Source of the DNA: a virus
Taxonomy: Duplodnaviria; Caudoviricetes
IMG/VR virus record: IMGVR_UViG_3300005805_000398
Coordinates: 1 to 26,644 of that record
Direction: 5' to 3' (one strand)
Length of the DNA: 26,644 nt
Every line of letters begins with the position of its first letter. The first letter of the stretch is position 1. The notes beneath the pieces are model-generated. The model worked only from the letters and a program-made list of their open reading frames with translations, ran no database searches and was not told the origin of the DNA. This document shows, in pieces, positions 17,582-24,928 of this stretch. The position numbers and the translations under genes were made by a program.

Positions 17582-17620
17582 GCGATCGCCTAGTTTTCTG
17601 CAATTTTACTAGGCGATCGT
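17582..17620. repeat. HIP1-containing inverted repeat
   Basis: GCGATCGCCTAGT (17582-17594) and ACTAGGCGATCGT (17608-17620) with a 13-nt spacer. Confidence 0.8.
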
Positions 17621-17649
17621 ATTAAAGAAGAAATCACTAAGACTTAATT

Positions 17650-18381
17650 ATGAGACTAAATCAAATCATTGCCGTATTAAAAACGGTTAAAAGCAATTCG
17701 GATAAAGCTATCACTGAGCTTTATCACAGAATCCAGAAGGATAAGCTTTTCTCTGGACTTTCAAAGACCTATCAACCCAAAGATGATGACGGACAGGTTT
17801 ACCCTCCTGAGCTAAATAATGTCGTCTACAAGGCTCCTGAACTCCTTGAGAACTTCGTCTCCTCGGTTGCTGAGTGGTACGACCTTGCCTACTCGCAAGA
17901 CATGGCTAACACGACGGCAAAAGCCGACGTGGTTGTTGACGGCGTTGTTATTCTTGAGAACGTGCCTATAACACACCTTCTATTCTTGGAAGATCGTCTT
18001 GCTGAGGTCAAAGCCTTCGTCTCCAAACTTCCTGCGCTACCAGTAGACAAAGACTGGAGCTATAGCGCTGCTAAGGGCTTTTATGTTACGCCTCCGAAAG
18101 AGAGTCTAAAATTCAAGAAGATCACAAACTTCGTCGTCGCCTATGAAGCTACTCCTGAGCACCCCGCCCAGATCCGAGAAGTTAGCAAGGATGAGGCAGA
18201 AGGTACTTGGACTACTATTGAGTATCATTCTGGATTGCCAAGCGATCGCGTAAAAGTTCTCGCCAAGAGAGTTGATAAGTTGATCGCTGCCGTACTTCAA
18301 GCTCGTCAAGAGGCTAACTCTCAAGTCGTGACAGAAGCAAAATCAGCCGAAAAGATTTTTGGTTATTTATTTGCAGACTAG
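17650..18381 (+). CDS. Conserved-looking protein of unknown function (LNQIIAV...TYxPxDDDG...PPE...ATxEHPAQ family), adjacent to the tRNA-like ncRNA
   Basis: 243-aa ORF with helical N- and C-terminal parts and a central beta-hairpin-like stretch. The motif set is recalled from actinobacterial, cyanobacterial and phage hypothetical proteins; this recollection is unverified. Confidence 0.85.
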   Translation: MRLNQIIAVLKTVKSNSDKAITELYHRIQKDKLFSGLSKTYQPKDDDGQVYPPELNNVVYKAPELLENFVSSVAEWYDLAYSQDMANTTAKADVVVDGVVILENVPITHLLFLEDRLAEVKAFVSKLPALPVDKDWSYSAAKGFYVTPPKESLKFKKITNFVVAYEATPEHPAQIREVSKDEAEGTWTTIEYHSGLPSDRVKVLAKRVDKLIAAVLQARQEANSQVVTEAKSAEKIFGYLFAD

Positions 18382-18420
18382 TGTATATTGGGGTGAGAGT
18401 ACAAGCTTAGATTCAGTACT

Positions 18421-18497
18421 GTAAGAGATTGTTTGTAGGTTCGAGTCCTCCCCCGCGTACTTGCGCGGGTAGGCAAATGGTAAAGCCGATCTTTTAC
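18421..18497 (+). ncRNA. Permuted tRNA-like domain 1
   Basis: Helix 18421-18430/18488-18497; variable region GTTT; T-arm 18435-18451 (loop TTCGAGT, one stem mismatch); acceptor CCCGCGT/GCGCGGG with loop ACTT (18452-18469); T-A; D-arm GGC-AAATGGTAAA-GCC (18472-18487). Confidence 0.85.
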
Positions 18498-18589
18498 GCC
18501 AAGTATTTTAAGTTGAAAATTAAATTCAGACTATTGCTCTAGATTTAAACTCAAGACCCACCCCTTTGTATCGACTGCTAATGACCTCC

Positions 18590-18661
18590 ACCTGAAGACG
18601 TGGGTTCAAATCCCACAGGGGCCTTATCATGGCTCTTTCGTAAAGCGGTAATACGTCAGGT
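18590..18661 (+). ncRNA. Permuted tRNA-like domain 2
   Basis: Helix ACCTGA/TCAGGT (18590-18595/18656-18661); variable region AGAC; perfect T-arm GTGGG-TTCAAAT-CCCAC (18600-18616); acceptor AGGGGCC/GGCTCTT with loop TTATCAT (18617-18637); T-C; D-arm GTA-AAGCGGTAA-TAC (18640-18654); G26 equivalent at 18655. Confidence 0.88.
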
Positions 18662-18737
18662 ATTAAGATAAGACATTAGCGACTGGAAATAAACAAGGCA
18701 ACGGCGGTGCGGATAGGTAAATACCTAAAATAATATT

Positions 18738-18775
18738 GAAGCCTCAGATTGGGTATATCTGGGGTTTCGCCTTTT
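18738..18775 (+). terminator. Terminator-like hairpin after the ncRNA
   Basis: GAAGCCTCAGAT (18738-18749) pairs with ATCTGGGGTTTC (18757-18768), 12 bp with two G-U pairs, followed by GCCTTTT. Confidence 0.65.
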
Positions 18776-18793
18776 AAAGATATTCCTATAGTC

Positions 18794-18988
18794 ATGATTG
18801 AAGATATTGAGTCGCCAAGACTAACCAACAGAGAACAATCTCGTAGACCTCACGGAGGCAAGACCGAGATTTATTGCTATGGATGCGATAGAAATCAAGT
18901 TCGAGTAGGTGAAAGGTGTTCCGTCTGCGGAATAAAATTTTATGGGACACAAGCAAGGGTTCGAGACAAGAAAGTTTACGAAAGCTAA
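18794..18988 (+). CDS. Small zinc-ribbon protein
   Basis: ATG at 18794; 64 aa with CYGC-x10-CSVC and basic flanks. Confidence 0.65.
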   Translation: MIEDIESPRLTNREQSRRPHGGKTEIYCYGCDRNQVRVGERCSVCGIKFYGTQARVRDKKVYES

Positions 18989-19719
18989 AATCCTTCAGGA
19001 AAATCAACACCCCGATCGCGTAAAATTCCCGCAATATCATCTTTAATCCCTTCCCAATATTCCCGATCAATCTTGCCGACTGCGACAGTCCTAGAAGTGG
19101 TCGGGAATTTTTGATCTTTCTCGGCATCTTTGGGATCTCGCTGGAGGTTGGCGGCTTCTTCGAGGATGTCCATGACCATGCCCATGCCAAAACTTTTAAG
19201 TACCGTATCCCCAGAGCCTTTAAAGTTTAGATGCACTGCGGCAATAATGCGAGCGTCCAAATTGCCTGTCGAGAGTGGGGCGGAAGGTTTGTCTTTGGAT
19301 TGTTTGGGTTGACGACTTTGCTTAGCGGGATATGTCAAGCCCATCAGTAATTGCAACTGAGATAGACCAGGCATTTCCTGCTCATAGCCAACGGGTTTAA
19401 CTGGCTCAGTGCAGAAGAAAAAGTTATGGCGGGACTTGGTGGTGAGATTGTCGATGTTTAGGAGACAGTCTGGTTGTGTTCGACGGAATATCAGCGCGAT
19501 CGCCTCTAAATGTTTGCGCGATCGATAGACCAAGAACTGATGTACCGTAATTTCATCCTTCAATACCGCATCGGGCGGATATACTGGCACACCCTTAATC
19601 AATTCCAGCATATCGTCAATAACGGGGATTAACTCGAAGCGCGTATGGAAGGACGGCTCGCGGAGGAATTCCCACGATTCATCTTCATATTCAATTTTCT
19701 GGGGATAAATTAAGGGCAC
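18985..19719 (-). CDS. Hypothetical protein (possible tail assembly chaperone)
   Basis: 244-aa ORF with a GTG start overlapping the upstream gene; function is a contextual guess. Confidence 0.65.
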   Translation of the reverse strand: MPLIYPQKIEYEDESWEFLREPSFHTRFELIPVIDDMLELIKGVPVYPPDAVLKDEITVHQFLVYRSRKHLEAIALIFRRTQPDCLLNIDNLTTKSRHNFFFCTEPVKPVGYEQEMPGLSQLQLLMGLTYPAKQSRQPKQSKDKPSAPLSTGNLDARIIAAVHLNFKGSGDTVLKSFGMGMVMDILEEAANLQRDPKDAEKDQKFPTTSRTVAVGKIDREYWEGIKDDIAGILRDRGVDFPEGF

Positions 19720-20446
19720 TTACGGCTAAGTTGTTGTTATCGAAGGCTAATCTCAAGGTAATGCTCTGCGCGTCGGCATCAAAAGCCTCGATCACGGGCA
19801 AAACATCCCTGATCACTACATGGTACGGCACTTCGTCTTTTATAGCTACAAGGTTCAGTTCAATGGCGGGTAAGGGCTGATTAGTGCTAACAACAACATC
19901 GTCCACCAAAACAACTGCCATTTGAGAGACGATCCGTTTGCCATAAAAGCTCCTATTAACTTGAAAAGTACCATCGGGAGCGATCGCCACATCATTCCCG
20001 TCGGTATACTTGTCGGCAATTCGCAGTGAAATATTGTCGCAAAGGACTTTGGGTTGATCGGTTGTGTCAATCTTATAATTAGCTGTCAATCTTTGGGTTG
20101 GTTCTAATCTGCCCGTACCATCTTGATTGACGTTGGCTTGAAACAAATAACGCTGGCGATAGTTTTTGTGGACTTTGTAATCCGAGCCAGAAGCGATCGC
20201 CACAATCTCCGCACTATTCGCTGTCTCAAATGACAATGCGACCACAGGCATTTTTACTGGCGTACTTTCCTGCGATCGCATCTTACCGAAAAACATTTTG
20301 TCCGAGCAGGTATCTCGAAAGACCTCCTGCTCGGAGACGGCGATCGCGCCCAAGGACGGATACGCCAAAACTACTCGGCTTGGCTCCAATACAAGCCAAG
20401 CACGGTAGAACACCATATCGTCGAGATTAGACTCCACGAGCAGCAC
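19691..20446 (-). CDS. Hypothetical beta-rich protein (possible tail/structural)
   Basis: 251 aa, Val-rich beta pattern, coupled to both neighbours. Confidence 0.65.
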   Translation of the reverse strand: MLLVESNLDDMVFYRAWLVLEPSRVVLAYPSLGAIAVSEQEVFRDTCSDKMFFGKMRSQESTPVKMPVVALSFETANSAEIVAIASGSDYKVHKNYRQRYLFQANVNQDGTGRLEPTQRLTANYKIDTTDQPKVLCDNISLRIADKYTDGNDVAIAPDGTFQVNRSFYGKRIVSQMAVVLVDDVVVSTNQPLPAIELNLVAIKDEVPYHVVIRDVLPVIEAFDADAQSITLRLAFDNNNLAVSALNLSPEN

Positions 20447-21140
20447 GTAAAGCCTTGATAGAGTTAGCGTGTTTAGCAGGTGCTAGGTTGACAACGCCGC
20501 TAGCGCTTGCGGCTGTGGGCTGAGCGCCGTCAAAGGACTGGAAATCCACGCTGACTTGGAAGTAAGCATCGGTATCACCAGAAACACTAGCGTTGATATT
20601 GGTGGTAAAGATCTTGCCGTAGTTGGGTACACCGCTCGCAGCCGTCGGAACGGTCGTACTGGAAATGGTTAGGGATGTACCAGTTTCGGTAAGGGCGATC
20701 GTGTGCGCTTGACCAGGAATTACTGAAGTAACATTGATTGTGTAGGGACTGGCAACGGAGGCGGTGCTGGCATATAAGTAGGGATTGATATTAATCAGCG
20801 CTAACACAATTTCAATAATATCTGCAATACTGTCTCCAGTCTGAACGGTGTATTGCACTACACGAGTTTTTGGGGAGCCAGAACCGTCGGTTGCTGTGAT
20901 AACAATAGTGTCGCCTGCGGTAGGAGATGTTGCGGCAATTGTAAACGCAGAAACTTGGGCGATCGCGCTAGGGTTGAAAGATAGGTAGTGGTCAATCGTA
21001 TTGCGCTTGTTGGAACCCGCAAAATTAACACTAGTCTGAGCGGTCAACGGCAGCGTTGTATTGGTCAAAGTAGTCGCGGTTTGACCGTAAGTAATCGAAG
21101 ATACTGCTTGTGCCGCAGCGTCGGGGCTATAAGATGGCAT
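20427..21140 (-). CDS. Virion structural protein with a tail-sheath-insertion-like domain
   Basis: Ala/Thr/Ser-rich; FTIAATSPTAGDTIVIT......V.YTVQTGDS.ADI...L..IN......A......INVTS..PG resembles the surface domain inserted in many sheath and tail proteins. Confidence 0.6.
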   Translation of the reverse strand: MPSYSPDAAAQAVSSITYGQTATTLTNTTLPLTAQTSVNFAGSNKRNTIDHYLSFNPSAIAQVSAFTIAATSPTAGDTIVITATDGSGSPKTRVVQYTVQTGDSIADIIEIVLALININPYLYASTASVASPYTINVTSVIPGQAHTIALTETGTSLTISSTTVPTAASGVPNYGKIFTTNINASVSGDTDAYFQVSVDFQSFDGAQPTAASASGVVNLAPAKHANSIKALRAARGV

Positions 21141-21266
21141 TGAAAGTAATCCTCATGAGGGAATCTCTTGAAGGATTTCAGTTAAACAAGAAGCCTGTTT
21201 TTTATTAGAGGAATTAGCGAATACTAACTCCTGTTTTCCCTCGTTCTTGAGGTACAATTACTCTAC

Positions 21267-21566
21267 TTGATAATAAATAGGGGTCTTCATCTGGTGATTA
21301 CATGGCAATTGAGGGGGCTAGAAAGTTTCTTGCTGGAACTATGCTCTACTTATGGATCTGAAATTAAATTGGTTTCAACAGGCGATCGCACTGTCAAAAT
21401 TACGTGCCAGTACGAAGGCTACGCAAGGATCATTGCAGACAAATTGAAGCTACAAAAAAACGTAGCCAAGCTCCATGAACTTGACTACGAAAAAGTGATG
21501 ATCGTCTTTACAGACATCAAGAAAAATGTAGTTACTTTAAACGTAGAAACCTGCCATCTTCTTTGA
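21267..21566 (+). CDS. Hypothetical protein
   Basis: ~90-99 aa ORF convergent with and overlapping the regulator; start uncertain (TTG 21267 or GTG 21294). Confidence 0.5.
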   Translation: MIINRGLHLVITWQLRGLESFLLELCSTYGSEIKLVSTGDRTVKITCQYEGYARIIADKLKLQKNVAKLHELDYEKVMIVFTDIKKNVVTLNVETCHLL

Positions 21567-22416
21567 TTGGCTCAAACCCCAGTGGCGTTGCCAATAGCTC
21601 TGCCACTGAATAAGGACTCCCATCCTCTTTTGTAAGAGCTTTAAGCTCGGCAAGACACTTGACAATACTTCTGACTTGCCCGATGTAAGAAGTTTCGGAG
21701 ATTTTATTAAGAATTAACTCCAGCTCTATCACTCCAAACCATTCGCCACTTTCACTCATTTGATCGGTGAGGCTTCTCAAGACCGAACTTTGAGTGATCC
21801 CTCTTTCAGTCATTTGTTCTCGGACGTACTTCGCCAGTAAGTCCGAGATTGTCGCCGTTTCGGATAATTCCATGCGTGTATTTTTTGTAGATGTCTTAGA
21901 CTCCGAAGCTCTGACCTCCTTCTGTGAGCTTTGAGCGGAAGGTGCTTTGTTGACAAGTATTAGTGGGATCTCCTTTCTTACCCACGCATTTTTCGGCAAC
22001 TTACTATCGTCATTCGTGTCTAGATAATCAAAAAGGTTGTAGTTGGAATCAATCCGTCCTGTCATACAAAACAACAGAAATAACTTCGTCCAAGCCTCGT
22101 TAATCTTTGAATCTGAATAACGAAACTCCACCTCAAATCCACGCGCCATCTCAGTTAACTCTCCCCGAAGTCTTTCCTGAGCCGAAGCCTTGTCTTTAGA
22201 TGTTAAATTTGTCCCCTCTAGTTTTAGTAGATAGATAATGAACTGCTGCATGTAATTACCAAATTCGGCTTGACTCATTACCATCACATCCTTACGATAG
22301 CGAGCAAACCAGCGCGAAAATGCCTTTGCTCGAATCCTTGTTTTGGGATCGTCTTTTGACTTCTTTGCGCTACCTTTGCCTTGTTTTTGTTCTACCACCA
22401 TAGTTAATACAGGCAT
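21532..22416 (-). CDS. Putative transcriptional regulator with two XRE-like HTH regions (candidate repressor)
   Basis: AFSRWFARYRKDVMVMSQAEFG and ISDLLAKYVREQMTERGITQSSV both look like XRE helix1-helix2 starts. Start uncertain (22452, 22416 or 22401). Confidence 0.55.
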   Translation of the reverse strand: MPVLTMVVEQKQGKGSAKKSKDDPKTRIRAKAFSRWFARYRKDVMVMSQAEFGNYMQQFIIYLLKLEGTNLTSKDKASAQERLRGELTEMARGFEVEFRYSDSKINEAWTKLFLLFCMTGRIDSNYNLFDYLDTNDDSKLPKNAWVRKEIPLILVNKAPSAQSSQKEVRASESKTSTKNTRMELSETATISDLLAKYVREQMTERGITQSSVLRSLTDQMSESGEWFGVIELELILNKISETSYIGQVRSIVKCLAELKALTKEDGSPYSVAELLATPLGFEPIKEDGRFLRLK

Positions 22417-22541
22417 AATTTTCCTCTTGTCGTTGCCATAAAAGTGACACATTTTTACGTTGTATATGGTATCTTTATAAGATGCCCATATATGGAGTCA
22501 AATCCATAGTATAAGGATACACCAAAAAACGAAAAATCTGT

Positions 22542-22997
22542 ATGGCAAATTCCGATTCTGCCACAAGGCTAGCGATCGCACGATTGACAGGAGCGGATCT
22601 ACCTGCTTTTGTCCCCGCAGCGATCGCCGATGAGGTCGCAGTCCTAGTCAGGGAGTGCATTTTACAGCCAACCACGATCAGTACAATAAAAGTTACAACA
22701 AAGGTTCGGGAAGAGATATCCGACCATTTAAAGCGGCATAAAACCCCAAAATATACGATCGCCCAGTATCTTACGATGGTTTTATGTACGGTTTCTACCA
22801 CGTCAGATTTAATCGATCAGCACGATCGCGGACTAATTTCAGATAAAGAATTTATCAAACAGATCAAAAATGACAAAAACCGCAGTAGGGCTAAGGTCCC
22901 CAGCAAAATGGGTCGGAAGAAAGCAGGCGCTAATGCCAGCGATCGCGAGATATTTCCCCGCGAAGTTCACAAAGGAACCCGTACCAAGGTTTCTTGA
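22542..22997 (+). CDS. Hypothetical basic protein, possible DNA-binding (RHH-like) regulator
   Basis: Divergent from the HTH gene; STIKVTTKVREEISDHLK......TIAQYL..VL fits a ribbon-helix-helix pattern. Confidence 0.5.
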   Translation: MANSDSATRLAIARLTGADLPAFVPAAIADEVAVLVRECILQPTTISTIKVTTKVREEISDHLKRHKTPKYTIAQYLTMVLCTVSTTSDLIDQHDRGLISDKEFIKQIKNDKNRSRAKVPSKMGRKKAGANASDREIFPREVHKGTRTKVS

Positions 22998-23760
22998 TTT
23001 TAAGAAGGATGTTGGCGATTTCCACGATCCCTTTGTGGGTACTGGTAGTGCATTTTTATATTTTGCAGATGGGTTTCGAGGCGATCGCAAGATCTTTGTC
23101 AGTGACAGTAATCCTGAACTCATTAATATTTGGCTATGTATTCGAGATGATCCTCTAAGGCTTTTAAGATCCTTGCTTGAATACAAACGCCCTGTATTTA
23201 ACAGCGCCGAATCGTACTATGACGAAAGGCAGATCTTCAATCAGCAGTTTAAAGGTTTTTACGACTACGAGCTGGCAGCAAGAATGATTTACTTAATTCA
23301 GGCTGGTTTCAATAGCCTATGGAGGGTTAACAGCGACGGTGAAATGAACACGCCTTTTGGCTCTCAGAAGCGAATTGACCTTCCTACTGAGAATGATTTG
23401 ACCGCGCTTTCGGTTCTCCTTCAAAAAGCGACAATCAAGCATCAGCCTTTTGAAGAGTCGCTAAAAGATGCACAGCCGAATGATGTCGTCTATCTCGACC
23501 CGCCATATATTGAAGTCAAAAAGAATTCCTTTAACAAATACACCACCAAAGGCTTTAGCAAGGAACAACAGGTTCTCCTCCGCCAAGAAGCTGATCGCCT
23601 GCATGATTTAGGCGCTTACGTCTACGTCAGTAATAGCGATACTCCCTTGAGTCGTGAAATTTGGTCTGGTTGGAAGATCGCGGAACTAACGCGATCGGGC
23701 TGCATGAACTCGGACGCAACCAAGCGTCAACGGGTTGGAGAGTTGTTGTTTTACAAATAA
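22870..23760 (+). CDS. dam: DNA adenine methyltransferase, Dam/D12 class
   Basis: KWVGRK, DPFVGTGS (motif I), SDSNPELIN, GFN.LWRVN..G..N.PFG target-recognition hairpin, VYLDPPY (motif IV), F..Y...GF....Q..L, VSNS. Confidence 0.92.
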   Translation: MTKTAVGLRSPAKWVGRKQALMPAIARYFPAKFTKEPVPRFLDFKKDVGDFHDPFVGTGSAFLYFADGFRGDRKIFVSDSNPELINIWLCIRDDPLRLLRSLLEYKRPVFNSAESYYDERQIFNQQFKGFYDYELAARMIYLIQAGFNSLWRVNSDGEMNTPFGSQKRIDLPTENDLTALSVLLQKATIKHQPFEESLKDAQPNDVVYLDPPYIEVKKNSFNKYTTKGFSKEQQVLLRQEADRLHDLGAYVYVSNSDTPLSREIWSGWKIAELTRSGCMNSDATKRQRVGELLFYK

Positions 23761-23782
23761 AAAGCCAGTCGCGGGACTGGCT
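23757..23782 (-). terminator. Hairpin after dam; terminator-like on the minus strand
   Basis: AGCCAGTC-GCGG-GACTGGCT (23763-23782), preceded by an A-run. Confidence 0.5.
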
Positions 23783-23854
23783 ACAGGTAAAACAACAAAA
23801 AGACAACTATACGGAAATCAAGATACCGAGCATTTGTGGAGAACAGCTAGGCAT

Positions 23855-24364
23855 TTGGATATTAGCACAGAATTAAAACAAATCACCGTAAGGTCGATGC
23901 GAGGAGGCGCTTTCTCGTTCGGACCTTACGATTTTCGGGTCGATCGCGGGTCGATTTTGGGTAATCCCTACGAGATGGCGAAAGATGAATCGAATCGCGA
24001 TCGCGTATGCCTTGCCTACAAACACTGGTTATATGCCAATATTCAGTGTTGGCTAGACCTGAAGAATAAGGCGATCGCAAAACCTCTCTGGGGTGCAATT
24101 TATATAGATCCCAAGAGTATGGCGATCGCCTCGGATCTCCGAATTGCTATGTCGTGGAAGCAGGTTACTGTCGCTCAAGTTGAAAGCGAATTTACTCGCC
24201 TGTGTTATGAAGCAACCCAGCACGATATCAACCTCATTTGCTGGTGTTTTCCGAAAGCTTGCCACGCGGATGTACTGCGAGCAGCCCTGATCTGGTACTA
24301 CGAGGCGCACTACCTAAAGGAGTGTGCGCGAATCGAAACAACTATTAAAGAATTTTTTGGATAA
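23855..24364 (+). CDS. DUF4326 domain protein
   Basis: VDRGSILGNPY...RDRVC.AY..WL...LICWCFPKACHADVL. Start uncertain (TTG 23855 or ATG 23897). Confidence 0.85.
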   Translation: MDISTELKQITVRSMRGGAFSFGPYDFRVDRGSILGNPYEMAKDESNRDRVCLAYKHWLYANIQCWLDLKNKAIAKPLWGAIYIDPKSMAIASDLRIAMSWKQVTVAQVESEFTRLCYEATQHDINLICWCFPKACHADVLRAALIWYYEAHYLKECARIETTIKEFFG

Positions 24365-24368
24365 AAAT

Positions 24369-24557
24369 ATGGATACAAACGTTAAGTCTGGATTTTTTGA
24401 GATTGGCGATCGCGTAGAAATGGCGGGTTTATCTCGCCATGTCGGAGTCATTACCGCTATTAAGGATAGTCCGTACTCAGGGCTAACCTATAGCGTCAAG
24501 GTCGGCGACAACAAACGTCTTGACGGCATCAACCCTATGGCATTAACAAAACTATGA
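24369..24557 (+). CDS. Small SH3/KOW-like hypothetical protein
   Basis: ATG at 24369; FEIGDRV.......G.I..I........Y.VK. Confidence 0.6.
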   Translation: MDTNVKSGFFEIGDRVEMAGLSRHVGVITAIKDSPYSGLTYSVKVGDNKRLDGINPMALTKL

Positions 24558-24886
24558 TCACAAAGCGACCAGCGATCGGTCGGCTAGTACGGCTACCCAG
24601 TAAAATTGTCACCATTATGGGTTACAAGGACGGGGTTTTCTTGGTGCGTATCGGTGCTGGGAAAACCCAGAAAATCACAGAGTCTTTCTTTATGTCTCAC
24701 GGCACTCTTGTCCCGAAAGAATGGCAAGAAGAGAAGAAGTCTGTACCCAAACAGGAATACGTGAACCGAGAGTTTAGGCGATTCTTTGAGGAGCGAGCAG
24801 AGAGGGACTACCAAGAAAAGATCTTCAAAGGATTTACAATCGAAGATGAGGTTATTGAAGGATTTGAGGCGATCTCCGAAGAATAA
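24554..24886 (+). CDS. Hypothetical protein
   Basis: 110 aa with an ATGA overlap; ends just before the terminator. Confidence 0.7.
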   Translation: MITKRPAIGRLVRLPSKIVTIMGYKDGVFLVRIGAGKTQKITESFFMSHGTLVPKEWQEEKKSVPKQEYVNREFRRFFEERAERDYQEKIFKGFTIEDEVIEGFEAISEE

Positions 24887-24891
24887 AACAC

Positions 24892-24921
24892 AAAAAAGCA
24901 CCTAGTTCTAGGTGCTTTTTT
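24892..24921. terminator. Bidirectional intrinsic terminator
   Basis: AAAAAAGCACCTAG-TT-CTAGGTGCTTTTTT between convergent genes. Confidence 0.88.
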
Positions 24922-24928
24922 GTGTATC

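Larger units (their letters stand above)
18390..18727 (+). ncRNA. Structured ncRNA with two circularly permuted tRNA-like domains (Y RNA/YrlA-like topology)
   Basis: No credible ORF. Two T-arms (GGTTCGAGTCC, GGTTCAAATCC), each followed by a loop-closed 7-bp acceptor-like stem and then a D-arm with GG, with long-range closing helices; terminator downstream. The ends are inferred. Confidence 0.85.

Noticed and set aside
18463-18623. A normal tRNA with an intron, built from the D-half of domain 1 and the T-half of domain 2
   Set aside because: The 5' acceptor strand GCGCGGG cannot pair with AGGGGCC; each half pairs only with its own permuted partner; no anticodon arm or CCA.
18390-18727. Two-piece (permuted) tmRNA
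   Set aside because: No G3-U70 alanine identity pair, no CCA after either T-arm, real D-stems are present, no tag reading frame was recognised, and there are two tRNA-like domains.
18792-19190. 132-aa minus-strand ORF and the many other short antisense or nested ORFs in the track (e.g. 555-752, 4366-4692, 10293-10802, 22475-22801, 24920-25270)
   Set aside because: They overlap better-supported genes in other frames, lack recognisable motifs and are best explained as shadow ORFs.
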